Of a stretch of 64,000 nucleotides of DNA, positions 42,998 through 52,400 are shown one piece after another. Positions within the stretch are counted from its first letter, which is position 1. Each line of letters starts with the position of its first letter. Both the position numbers and the translations under genes were made by a program. Origin of the DNA: an uncultured Prevotellaceae bacterium (GTDB lineage: Bacteria > Bacteroidota > Bacteroidia > Bacteroidales > Bacteroidaceae); NCBI GenBank assembly GCA_900318115.1, contig ONJJ01000021.1:8773-72772 (forward strand). Reading direction: 5' to 3'. Below the pieces are notes generated by a model that saw nothing but the letters and a program-made list of their open reading frames with translations, did not search any database and was not told the DNA's origin.

Positions 42998-43119
42998 GTT
43001 ATTAGTGGAGAGTGTAGAGTTTAAAGTGTAGAGTTTAGAGTGTAGGGTTTAAAGTGTAGAGTTTAGAGTAGTTGAGAGTTGAGAGTGTAGAATTTAGAAT
43101 AGAGGGTAGTTTAGAGTTT
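42998..43119. repeat. C-free (G-less on the mRNA strand) degenerate ~14-bp tandem repeat
   Basis: 122 consecutive + strand bases without a single C. Units AGTGTAGAGTTTA(A/G) occur about 7-8 times. The tract fills the whole gap between the SNF2 stop (43111) and the lyase ATG (42997). Confidence 0.85.
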
Positions 43120-45528
43120 CAATGAGGCAAGCAGCTGAGCCGCCCGACGACGGGTATCCTCGTCTGCCAGCAGCAGTTCCGAGAGGTTGGAGGCAAAGCG
43201 TTGCAACAAGGGCTGCTGACTTGCCGAAGCCTCAGCATCAGCATGAACCCCAGTAGGCTCTGCACCCCCATTTGACCCATTTGACCCACTTGACCCACTT
43301 AGCCCATCAGACCCATTAGACCCATTAGACCCATTATCCCCATTAGACCCATTATCCCCATCACCGCCACCATTCTCCTTCGTCTCTTCGAAAGCGAGCA
43401 CCGTCTGCACGGGTTCTCGCCTCACTGGTTGTTCTTCGTCCGCCTGCGAGATGGCTTCTGCGGTGGCTGTCTCGCTCTCTTCCATATAGTTGCTGAGTCC
43501 GCTGAGCAGGCCTTCGAAGTGGTCGTCGCCGAGGAACACGGCATCGGCACCACCATCCAGCACACCCTCGAACAGCGAAGCCTTGAAGCGCAGCTTCGAC
43601 AACATATCCTCCTCAATGGTGCCGGCAGAGATGAGGTTGATGACCTCCACTCCATGTTGCTGACCGATACGGTGAACACGGCCGATGCGCTGCTCCAGCA
43701 CGGCTGGATTCCAGGGCACATCGAGGTTAATGACCACGCTGGCGGCCTGCAAGTTCAGACCCACGCTGCCCGCATCGGTACTGAGGAACACACGCACACT
43801 GGGCGACGAGCAGAAAGCCTCCACACGTTCCTTACGCTCGCGAGGCGGAACATTGCCATGCAGGTAGGTGTACTCCACCCCGCTTCGCTCCAGTTCCTGC
43901 GCCACCAAACGCGTCATACGCTCCCACTGGCTGAAGATGACCACCTTCTGCGAGTTGTCGCCTGTTATCACGCCCGCCTCGTCGAGGATGTTCATCACCT
44001 CCTCCACCTTCGTGTCCGCACGGCTGCGCTCGTCGAGCACAAAGAGGCTGTCGCATGTCATTCGCATCTGCGAGAGCGTCAGCAGCAACTGCTTGCGATC
44101 CATCTCCGAGAGAAAGTGCATACGGTGCCATTTGGCCACGAGACGAGCCGCCTGCATCTTCAGTTCATTGTGGGCATCCAGCTGTTCCTGCGTCATCGGC
44201 ACGAACAGATTCTTGTCGATGCGCGCAGGTAGCTGCAAGGCCACATCCTGCTTGCTTCTGCGGATGAGCACCCGCCGGATGCGCCTGCTCACCTCCTGCA
44301 GGTTGCGGTAGCCTACGGTGCGCCCCGTCTCGTCCGTCACGAGGTAGCGGTCGCGGAACTGGTAGTAGGGCGAGAGCAGGAACTGATCCACCAGTTCTAC
44401 GATGCTGTACAGCTCCTCCAGCCGATTCTCCAGCGGAGTGCCTGAGAGCACCAGGGCGTAGTTCGACTGGATGCGGCGCACGGCCCTGGCAATCTGAGTG
44501 TTCCAGTTCTTCAGACGCTGCACCTCGTCCATGATGACCATATCCGTCTGTAGCTGCTTCAGTTCCTTCAGGTCCTGGGCAATGCTGTTGTACGAAGCTA
44601 TCTTGTAGGGGGCAGGCGTGGTCAGCAACTCACGCCGCTGCTCAGGAGTTCCGTCCACCAGCAGCACCTCGTTGCCCGTGAAGCGTTCGATTTCCCGTTT
44701 CCACTGGAACTTCAGCGTCGTCGGGCACAGCACCAGTACCTGTTCCGCAAAGCGTTCGCGCCGCAGTAGTTCGGCTGTGGCTATGGCCTGCACGGTCTTG
44801 CCCAACCCCATCTCATCGGCGATGATGGCGCGCCCGGCCTTGGCGGCGAAGCGTACACCCTCCTTCTGGTAGTCGTACAGGCGCGTCTGCAGCAGACTGT
44901 CCAGCGCTGCATCGTCGTACTTCGTACTGACAACCTTGCGCCGACGGATGGCCTCGCGCTCGGCCAGTACGTAGTCCTCCGCGTCGGCATAGTATTTGAA
45001 GGTCGGATCCAGCGCCCGTGCCTCGCGCACGAAGGTATCGAAGGACTCATAGACATTGGGTTGTAACTCGTCGAAATCATTGAAATAGCGCCGGATGAGC
45101 TTGCGGAAAGCGTCCGAGGCCGAAGACCCCACACGGATTTTCACACGTCGGTCGTTGCCACGGTAGCTCAAGTACACGCTGGTGTAGGCCGGAAGGTCGC
45201 GATGGATGCGTTTGTGGTGGTCGGCTATCCACTGGCGCGCAGCCTCCACGTGCTTGCACGTTCCCAGCTGGGATGTCTTGAAGTCCATGCAGTCGCAGTA
45301 GTTCCACGGTGACTTAGGACCGCGAAATACTACCTTGTAGGTATTGCCCGACGAGGGGCTGACGACGGTGTACTCACCCGGATTGTAGCGCTCGCTGACG
45401 CAGCTCACCTCGAAGTCCTCGCGGCTGGCCTGCTGCATGCGCAACATCACCTGCCAGTCCTCCAGGCTCAGCCCCTCAGGCTTCACCAGATGACTGATTC
45501 TCTGTCTCGGAAGGTCGGCGTATTTCAT
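43111..45528 (-). CDS. SWIM zinc-finger / SNF2-family DNA-dependent ATPase (helicase-like)
   Basis: SWIM ..WNYCDCMDFKTSQLGTCKHVEA... SNF2 motif I ADEMGLGKTVQAIA, motif II MDEVQRLKN. Helicase C ..VFLSTDAGSVGLNLQAASVVINLDVPWNPAVLEQRIGRVHRIGQ... Confidence 0.9.
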   Translation of the reverse strand: MKYADLPRQRISHLVKPEGLSLEDWQVMLRMQQASREDFEVSCVSERYNPGEYTVVSPSSGNTYKVVFRGPKSPWNYCDCMDFKTSQLGTCKHVEAARQWIADHHKRIHRDLPAYTSVYLSYRGNDRRVKIRVGSSASDAFRKLIRRYFNDFDELQPNVYESFDTFVREARALDPTFKYYADAEDYVLAEREAIRRRKVVSTKYDDAALDSLLQTRLYDYQKEGVRFAAKAGRAIIADEMGLGKTVQAIATAELLRRERFAEQVLVLCPTTLKFQWKREIERFTGNEVLLVDGTPEQRRELLTTPAPYKIASYNSIAQDLKELKQLQTDMVIMDEVQRLKNWNTQIARAVRRIQSNYALVLSGTPLENRLEELYSIVELVDQFLLSPYYQFRDRYLVTDETGRTVGYRNLQEVSRRIRRVLIRRSKQDVALQLPARIDKNLFVPMTQEQLDAHNELKMQAARLVAKWHRMHFLSEMDRKQLLLTLSQMRMTCDSLFVLDERSRADTKVEEVMNILDEAGVITGDNSQKVVIFSQWERMTRLVAQELERSGVEYTYLHGNVPPRERKERVEAFCSSPSVRVFLSTDAGSVGLNLQAASVVINLDVPWNPAVLEQRIGRVHRIGQQHGVEVINLISAGTIEEDMLSKLRFKASLFEGVLDGGADAVFLGDDHFEGLLSGLSNYMEESETATAEAISQADEEQPVRREPVQTVLAFEETKENGGGDGDNGSNGDNGSNGSNGSDGLSGSSGSNGSNGGAEPTGVHADAEASASQQPLLQRFASNLSELLLADEDTRRRAAQLLASLKL
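43268..43360. repeat. 9-bp coding tandem repeat (about 10 units) in the SNF2 C-terminal tail
   Basis: CCATTTGAC / CCACTTGAC / CCATTAGAC / CCATTATCC units, encoding GDGDNGSNGDNGSNGSNGSDGLSGSSGSNGSNG. Confidence 0.8.
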
Positions 45529-45559
45529 GTTTCAACTGTAGTTTCAGGGGGATATTATA

Positions 45560-46408
45560 TTATTTATAGGTATAATCTATTACCATCGAGATGTAGCCCT
45601 TGGGCCATTTCACTTTGTCCAGGTAGAACTTAGCCGTGCCATGGGAGAGCAGGTAGAGGCCGGGCCTCACCTCGCGGAACTCGGCGATGTGTACGGTCAT
45701 GCTCTCTAACTTCACGGTGTAGAAGGTCTTGCCTTCCGCCGTATAGCTGCCGACGTAGGTCATGCCAGTGTCCTGCCGCTTCCTGCGTTTCTTCTGCAGC
45801 TCCTTAACCTTCTCGCGCACTTTCTTGTAGAACTTGTCATAGACGTTGGCGCTGAGCATGCCATCGTGCTTCAGGAAGGAGGCCACCTGCTTCGGGGTCA
45901 GTTCCTGTTTCATCTCCACCATTCGGACATTTGAGGCCGTGGTCTTTCCTCCGGCATAGTGCACGTCCTCTGCCATGGTGATGCCGAAATGCTTATGTTC
46001 CCGGAGGGCAGACACGATTGGGCCGTAGCCAGCCACTCGGGCGGCAAAGGTGACAATACGTCGATGCGGAAACTTCTTCAGGTCTATATCTTTCTCCAGC
46101 TTGCACGTCACCGTATAGTCCAGCGACTGGACGTGTGCGCTCAGGGGCTTGGCATTGTCCAGCACCTGCTGCAACAGATATTCCTCGAAGGACATTCCAC
46201 CGGGCAGCACCACCGCCTCTGGCATGTCCGTCGTGTATGCGATGTCATCATCATCATCCTGGGCAGAAACGTTCACAGCGAAGAACAGCGCTGCCAGAAG
46301 GAGGACTCCCCGGCCCTGCCGGCATCCTTCCTGGAAGGTCAAACGTATTAAGATTATCCAACTCATAAGCGTACAAGCCCCTTCGGCTTTGGCCGCATCC
46401 CTGTTCAT
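45560..46408 (-). CDS. Secreted hypothetical protein
   Basis: ORF with signal peptide ..GVLLLAALFFAVNVSAQ followed by DDDDD. A TATCTTTG box (46446-46439) overlaps the track start 46441, so the first ATG downstream (46408) or ATG 46366 is the more likely start. Confidence 0.6.
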   Translation of the reverse strand: MNRDAAKAEGACTLMSWIILIRLTFQEGCRQGRGVLLLAALFFAVNVSAQDDDDDIAYTTDMPEAVVLPGGMSFEEYLLQQVLDNAKPLSAHVQSLDYTVTCKLEKDIDLKKFPHRRIVTFAARVAGYGPIVSALREHKHFGITMAEDVHYAGGKTTASNVRMVEMKQELTPKQVASFLKHDGMLSANVYDKFYKKVREKVKELQKKRRKRQDTGMTYVGSYTAEGKTFYTVKLESMTVHIAEFREVRPGLYLLSHGTAKFYLDKVKWPKGYISMVIDYTYK

Positions 46409-46641
46409 CGGGATTTGCTCAAACCTTCTAAGGCGCCGCAAAGATACAAAAAAAATCAGCGAAACTCATGAGACTCGCGGATTTTTTAACTTTATAACGT
46501 TATTTAGCTGCAATTCAACAACCGGCTGCTGCTGTTGATGTCTTCGCAACCGGTCTGCCCGATGGCGGTAGCCGTCGGGGGATATCCTATAGCTGTCAAC
46601 GCGATGCGGTCATATCTGTAACTTATTTGCGGCATCGGCAG

Positions 46642-46677
46642 AAAAAAAACATCCGCAGGAAAGTGTTCCTGCGGATG
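46642..46677 (-). terminator. Rho-independent terminator after the tRNA pair
   Basis: Perfect 12-bp stem CATCCGCAGGAA / TTCCTGCGGATG with a 4-nt loop, followed on the minus strand by eight U. Four T on the + side make it weakly bidirectional. Confidence 0.8.
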
Positions 46678-46687
46678 TTTTGGGGTG

Positions 46688-46761
46688 AGCCTCTTGTCGG
46701 ATTCGAACCAACGACCCCGAGATTACAAATCACGTGCTCTGGCCAACTGAGCTAAAGAGGC
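46688..46761 (-). tRNA. tRNA-Thr (anticodon UGU)
   Basis: Reverse complement GCCTCTTTAGCTCAGTTGGCCAGAGCACGTGATTTGTAATCTCGGGGTCGTTGGTTCGAATCCGACAAGAGGCT folds as a cloverleaf: 7-bp acceptor, GTTCGAATC T-loop, anticodon loop TTTGTAA. Confidence 0.9.
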
Positions 46762-46908
46762 GGGTGGGAATGCGATCTGCATCGCGCCGCTACGACCAAG
46801 TACCCTTGCTGCGGTCAAGCCCTGGGGGATTCCGAGGGAGCTGGCCGTACAGGACATTCCCGTGGATGCTGCCTTGGGGCAGTTAGCTGCTGCTTGGATT
46901 ACAGCTTG
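46762..46908 (-). ncRNA. Candidate structured RNA, or an unusually long structured inter-tRNA spacer
   Basis: 147 nt between two co-oriented tRNAs. Helices on the minus strand: GGGAAUG/CAUUCCC enclosing CCUGUACGGCCAG/CUUGGUCGUAGCGG (with G-U pairs that would be C-A mismatches on the other strand), plus the local hairpins CUGCC-CCAA-GGCAG and GCGAU-GCAG-AUCGC. No family recognised. Confidence 0.25.
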
Positions 46909-46996
46909 CGGAGAGAGCGAGATTCGAACTCGCGAACCGGTTTTGCCGGTCACACGCTTTCCAGGCGTGCCTCTTCAGCCACTCGAGCATCTCTCC
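46909..46996 (-). tRNA. tRNA-Ser (anticodon GGA), long variable arm
   Basis: Reverse complement GGAGAGATGCTCGAGTGGCTGAAGAGGCACGCCTGGAAAGCGTGTGACCGGCAAAACCGGTTCGCGAGTTCGAATCTCGCTCTCTCCG: anticodon loop CTGGAAA, variable stem CCGG/CCGG, T-loop TTCGAAT. Confidence 0.9.
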
Positions 46997-47026
46997 TTGT
47001 AGGGCGTCCCTTTCGGAATGCGGGTG

Positions 47027-47034
47027 CAAAGGTA
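47027..47034 (-). promoter_or_regulatory. Candidate -7 promoter box (TACCTTTG) for the tRNA-Ser / spacer / tRNA-Thr transcript
   Basis: Minus-strand TACCTTTG, about 30 nt upstream of the tRNA-Ser 5' end. Confidence 0.4.
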
Positions 47035-47218
47035 GTCTTTTCTACTGACGTGACCAAACTTTTTGGAAGAAAAATGCGGAGAAAGTAGCTTTTTCGAGGA
47101 AAATGTGGGGTCGGAAGGGGGCAAAAGGAAGCGAACGGGGCGGAAAAAGAAATAGAGGAGTGCGATGGTCGCACTCCTCTATGATGATGTTTTTCGGGGA
47201 TTGAAAGGGGCTGGTGTA

Positions 47219-49426
47219 TCAGCGTCCGATCTGTCCCTTGAAGTTAATGAACCAGCGCTTAGGATCGCTGACTACACTGGTGAGGTTGGGATCGCGACGT
47301 CCAATCTTCTCTGCCATATAGGCTCCGGGGTTGCCGCTGCGATAGGCGGAACGCATGAGTCGTCCAAAGCGGAATCCTTCGAAGGGGGTCTCGAGGGCGG
47401 ATTCGACATCGAGGAGGCTGTCAACAACTACGAGCTGGCGAGCGTGCACCTGCGGGAGTCCGTACTCATGGTACCACTCATTGGCTGCTGCAACCCAGGC
47501 ACCCTGAATGCTGTCAGAGTAGGCCTTCATATTTGCATCGAACTGGCGCAGAACTTCGAGACGTCCTGTTGTAGGATAATCTTCGAGGTTGAGGATCTCT
47601 ATACCATCGTGCTCATAAGCCCAGGCAAAGAAGTCGGTGTTGGCATCCACAATCTTAGGCAGATCCTTGGCGGTGTCTATGAAGCTGGTGACGGCCTGTA
47701 CATAGACGGGTGGCTGCACGGGGTAGCCTCCGCCGAGGGTGAGGTCTGCAGGGATGTCGTTAGAGGGATCATAGTAGAAAGGATTGCGGGGGTAGAATCC
47801 GCTGCCGCGAGCATGGATACCAATCTGGTTGACGTCCTGAGCGTTCTCTGCGAGGTCGTAGGTGACGGTGACGTCGGTGCCGATGATGGTGTAGTTAAGT
47901 ACGCGAGTCTTGAAGAATCGTGAGGGGAAGTCGAAGTACTGGACGAAGGTGCTGTCGGCCTTGGTATTGCACTCGCGGAGTACTTCGTTCTCGATGACGG
48001 TGTTGTCCAGACCCACGGTGAGGATGGCAAGTGCGAACTTGGGATAGCCTGCCATGTTGAGTGCCTCGGCCATGCGGAGGTAAACTTGTCCGGTGCGATA
48101 TACGATGACATCCTGTGCCATGTAGGTTTTCCAGATGGTCTGTGACTCCCAGTCGTTGTCGCGAAGTCTGTTGAGGCTGAGGTTGGCAGCCAGACGGAGG
48201 TCGCCGACATAGTGACGGGCAACCATGGTCTCGTTGAGGACGTTCTTGGGCACGAAGCCGAAGACAAGCTGTGAACCATCGTTGTAAATCTGTCCGTAAA
48301 CCTGGCTGTCGGAGTAGTCACAGCAGACCTGAGAGGGTGCTATGCTGGCCTCTACGTTCTCGTTCTCGCGGTCGTAGTTGTAGAGCACACGCAGGGCATT
48401 GTAGTTGTCCTCGGATGCGAGCGAGTCCATGGCGATGGCGGAGATGACTTCACTGTTGGCGGTGCCGAAGGAAGTGGTGGACCAGTAGGCGTTGCTCTCA
48501 GCGAAGCTGTTGAAGTTACTGGTGATGAAGTTGTTGACGAGCCAGTAGGTGCGGTTGGCGGTCGTTACAGTCTTCTGCTTGTAACCGGTGTTGTTGTCCA
48601 CTCCGAGTTCAGTGGGAAGCCAGCTGATGTAGTCGTAGTAGCACTTGGCTGCTTGTCCGGCGAGTGCGGCATCACCTCCCTTGAGGCTTGCGCTCCAGAG
48701 GTAGAGGTCTCCGAGCACGAGCTGGATGGGCATGACGGCCATGCGGGCGGGCATACTGTAGCCATAGGTGTCGTGGTGGTAGGGATATGCGAACCAGGAG
48801 ACATAGGGCTTGAGGTCCTCGATGAAGTAGTCGCATATCTGCTCAAAACTCTTCTTCTCGGTGCCTTCGAGGATATCGTTGGCATCGTCGAGGGAAAGAA
48901 TGGGCTCGGTGACGAGGGGGATGTTGTCGCCATAGACCTGAGCGAGCTGGAGATAGACCCACGCGCGGATGGCACGGACGGCACAGTACTCTGCCTGAAA
49001 GACGCGGAAGTCATAGGCTGAGAGTGTGGTGGCGTCATAGCGGCGCTCCATGAGGGTGGTGTCGGCGTTGGCCAGATAGTAGTTGCAGTTGTTGATGACT
49101 GAGTAGTAGTCGCGCGGGTTGTTGTACGCGTTGGAGTCCGTGACCTCGAAGTTGGAGATGGCCTTGAGGTCGGCATTTGCATTGTTGTTAACGACAACGA
49201 GGTCTCCGCGGAGTTCTCCATAGAGATTGGTGCGTACGGCAATCTTCTGGAGTTGTGCGAGTATGCCAACGAAGGAGTTGACGGTGTCGGTGCCTTGTGT
49301 GAGATGATTCTCGTCGGCATAGAGCACATCGTCGTTGCCCATATCGAGCATGTCGTCGCACGAGATGATGGACGTTCCCATCATCGCCAGCAGAGCCAGG
49401 GGCAGGATATATTTGATTCGTTTCAT
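47219..49426 (-). CDS. SusD/RagB-family outer-membrane lipoprotein (long, 735 aa)
   Basis: Lipoprotein signal ..AMMGTSIISCDDMLD. Lies immediately downstream of a SusC-like gene. TPR-like helical N-terminal region ..SFVGILAQLQKIAVRTNLYGELRGD... Confidence 0.8.
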   Translation of the reverse strand: MKRIKYILPLALLAMMGTSIISCDDMLDMGNDDVLYADENHLTQGTDTVNSFVGILAQLQKIAVRTNLYGELRGDLVVVNNNANADLKAISNFEVTDSNAYNNPRDYYSVINNCNYYLANADTTLMERRYDATTLSAYDFRVFQAEYCAVRAIRAWVYLQLAQVYGDNIPLVTEPILSLDDANDILEGTEKKSFEQICDYFIEDLKPYVSWFAYPYHHDTYGYSMPARMAVMPIQLVLGDLYLWSASLKGGDAALAGQAAKCYYDYISWLPTELGVDNNTGYKQKTVTTANRTYWLVNNFITSNFNSFAESNAYWSTTSFGTANSEVISAIAMDSLASEDNYNALRVLYNYDRENENVEASIAPSQVCCDYSDSQVYGQIYNDGSQLVFGFVPKNVLNETMVARHYVGDLRLAANLSLNRLRDNDWESQTIWKTYMAQDVIVYRTGQVYLRMAEALNMAGYPKFALAILTVGLDNTVIENEVLRECNTKADSTFVQYFDFPSRFFKTRVLNYTIIGTDVTVTYDLAENAQDVNQIGIHARGSGFYPRNPFYYDPSNDIPADLTLGGGYPVQPPVYVQAVTSFIDTAKDLPKIVDANTDFFAWAYEHDGIEILNLEDYPTTGRLEVLRQFDANMKAYSDSIQGAWVAAANEWYHEYGLPQVHARQLVVVDSLLDVESALETPFEGFRFGRLMRSAYRSGNPGAYMAEKIGRRDPNLTSVVSDPKRWFINFKGQIGR

Positions 49427-49492
49427 ATTAGTATTCGGATTTGCGAAATATCGAATGTGAGAATATCGAGATATCGAAATAACGATTAAACA

Positions 49493-52400
49493 TTAGAGGT
49501 TGATCTTGACACCGACGTTGACGGTGCGTCCCTGTGAAACCCATCCGGCGTCGATACCTTGCGAGATGACACTGTTGCCCATGGAGAACTCGGGGTCTGT
49601 GCCGAGGTAGCGGGTGATGGTGAACAGGTTGGTGGCGTTACCCCAGACGGTGATGCCCTGGATGTAGGTGTTGTTGATGGGCAGCTTGTAGCTGAGGGTG
49701 ACGTTCTTCAGTCGGAGATAGCTGCCATCCTCAATCCATCGGTCGGAGAAAGCGCTGTTACCCATGGGATCACCATAGGTTGCGCGCGGGATGTCCGTGG
49801 TCTGTCCCTCGAAGCTCCAGCGCTGCAGCATGGCCGTGGTCTGGTTCATGAATCGTGAGCCGGACTCGAGCTGCTGGCGCATGTAGTTATAGACGTCGCC
49901 TCCGAGGCTGTAGTTGAAGCCTAAGTCGAGGGTGAGCCGTTTGTAGCTGAGGGATGTCCAGATGTTGCCGTAGATGTCGGGGTTGGCATCGCCGATGATG
50001 GTACGGTCGTTGTCGTCGATCCTGCCGTCGTGGTTCTGGTCGATGTACTTGACGTCGCCCGCGGAGAAGTATGTCTTGGTGACTCCGTCGGATGCGAGAC
50101 GGTAGAGTCCGTCAGCAGCAGCCTCTGCGCTGGTGGCATAGACGATGCCTCCAGAGCGGGTCTCTGCGGTCTTCAGTCCGTAGAACTGATTGATGCTGCT
50201 GCCCACCTTGCTGCGGATGGTGGCTCCGAGCACGCTGTGGTCCTGATAAGCGAGTCCGTCGGGCAACTCCGTGAGTTTGTTGACGTAGTGTCCCATGCTG
50301 GCTCCCACGCTCCAGTTCCAATTGTTGCCGGAGATGAGGTGTGCGTTCACGCTGACGTCGAAGCCCTGGTTCTCGAGTTTGCCACCATTGCTCCAGTACT
50401 GGTTGATACCGGTGAGGAAGTTGGAGCTGCGGAGGGTGAGCAGGTCGCTGGTCCAGGAATAGAAGTAGTTGAAGGCTGCAGAGAGACGGTTGTTGAGGAA
50501 TCGTCCCTCAATGCCAGCGTTGAAGCGGCGTGTGGTCTCCCACTTGAGTTCGGTGTTACCGATGTTCTCGAAGCTGAGAGCGGGTGTGGCACCGAGGAAG
50601 AGGCGGCTCTTGAAGTAGCTCTTGGCGGCGTCGTAGGGCAGGCGGTCGTTACCGCTGAGTCCGTAGCCGGCCTGCAGCTTGAGGTAGTCCACTCCGGCGA
50701 CGTCGAACCACTTCTCGTTGGTCATCACCCATCCGGCCTGAATGCTGGGGAAGATGCCCCATACGACACCTGCGAGCTTCAGCCCAGAGGCATCGCGGCC
50801 GAACTGAGAGTTGGTCTCCATGGCGATGTCGCCTTGGAGGTAGTATCGGTTGGCAAAGTTGTACTTGGCCTGACCGTACCAGGAGAGGGTGGCCCAGTTC
50901 TCGCGGCTGCCGTCGATTTGCTTCTGCTCGGTGCCGGAGATCTGCGGGGTCTTGTCGTTGCCGGTGTTGTAGCCGCTCTGCTGGGTGAGGTAGTAACCCT
51001 CATTCATGAAGCGGAATCCACCGAGGAGGTCGATGCTGTGAGCGCCGTAGCGATTCTTCCACTCCACCTTGGTGTCGCTAAGGACGCTGTTCTGGCGGGA
51101 GTAGAGGGAGCCGATCATGTTCTGCATCTTCTGGTGGAAGGCCTCAACCCAGAAGGCGGGAACGCCATTCATGGGGATGTAGCGCTTCTCGTTGGTGTTC
51201 ACCAGGGAGTAGCTGAAGAGCGAGGAGAACTTCAGGTGCTTGTTGGGGTGCCATGCAGGTGTGATGGCGAGGTTGACATAGGAGTTGTCGTAGTAGTTCT
51301 TGTTCTGCGCCGTGCCGTACTCGAGGATGGCCGTGGGGTTGGAGAGCTGGTAGTTGGCGTTGCGCAGCTGGGAGATCTCGGCGAGGTAGTCCTCATCCTC
51401 GATGTCGAGGTGCGCAGTGGAGATGATACCAGGTCCTACGTTGGAGGCCACAAAGCTGTAGGGCGAGAGCATGGGGCTCTTGGCGTAGCTGAGGAAATTC
51501 AGGGAGGTGACGGTGCTCTGGTCGTACTCCTCGGGAGCGCCGAGGTCATAGAGCTTGCGGGTGGAGTTGCTGAAGCTGGCGTCGAAGCGGACATCAATCC
51601 AGTCTGTGATCTTGATGTCGGTGTTGAAACGGATGTTCAGACGGTTGTAGTTCATCTCCTTGATGACCTCACCAGCATGCAGATAGCCGATGGAGAGCAT
51701 GTAGTTGGCTACGTCGCCACCACCTTGCACGCTGAGTCCATAGCGCTGGGCGACGGCTGCGTGGTAGGCTTCCTTAGTCCAGTCGGTATTGTTGGCGTAC
51801 TTGTTGTAGTAGTAGTTGTAGTTGTAGGGGTCGGCGGCGTTGTAGGGACGCTCGTCGAGGAACTTGAAGCTCTGCATCTTGGTTCCCGTGGACTGCATGA
51901 GGGAGCTAGCATAAGTCTTGAACTGAGTGCCGTCCATCATGCTGAAGTGCTTGGGAATGAACTCCACGCCTACGCTGGCCGTGGCGGCGATGCGCGTGGC
52001 AAGGGAGGTGTTGCGCTTGGTCTTGATGAGGATAACGCCGTTGGCACCCTTGGCGCCGTAGAGGGCGGTTCCGTTGCGCATGACTTCCACGCTCTCGATG
52101 TCATTGACGTTGAAGTTCGAGAGGATGTCGTTGTAGAATCCGGAGTGGATCATCTTGCGGTCATACTCCATCTCGGTGATGACACCATCGATAACCACCA
52201 GGGGCTGGGCACCGATGAGGTAGCTTCCTACACCGCTGACCTGCATGTATGCTCCGAGGCCGTTGATGCCGCTACGCTCGGTGGTTCTCACCTCAGCTCC
52301 GAGCTGATTCTCGATCTCGGTGGCGATGTTGGCAGCAGAGGAGAAGTCGAAGCCCTTGGCACGGGAGTGACCGAGGATGTTGTCGTCGTCGCCATAGAGT

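Noticed and set aside
46762-46908. SRP (4.5S) RNA identity for the inter-tRNA spacer
   Set aside because: Short resemblances exist (AGCAGC, CCAAGGCAG). However, the conserved helix-8 core as I recall it (GGUCCGGAAGGAAGCAGC, with a closed GNRA tetraloop) is absent. I therefore keep it only as an unclassified structured RNA candidate.
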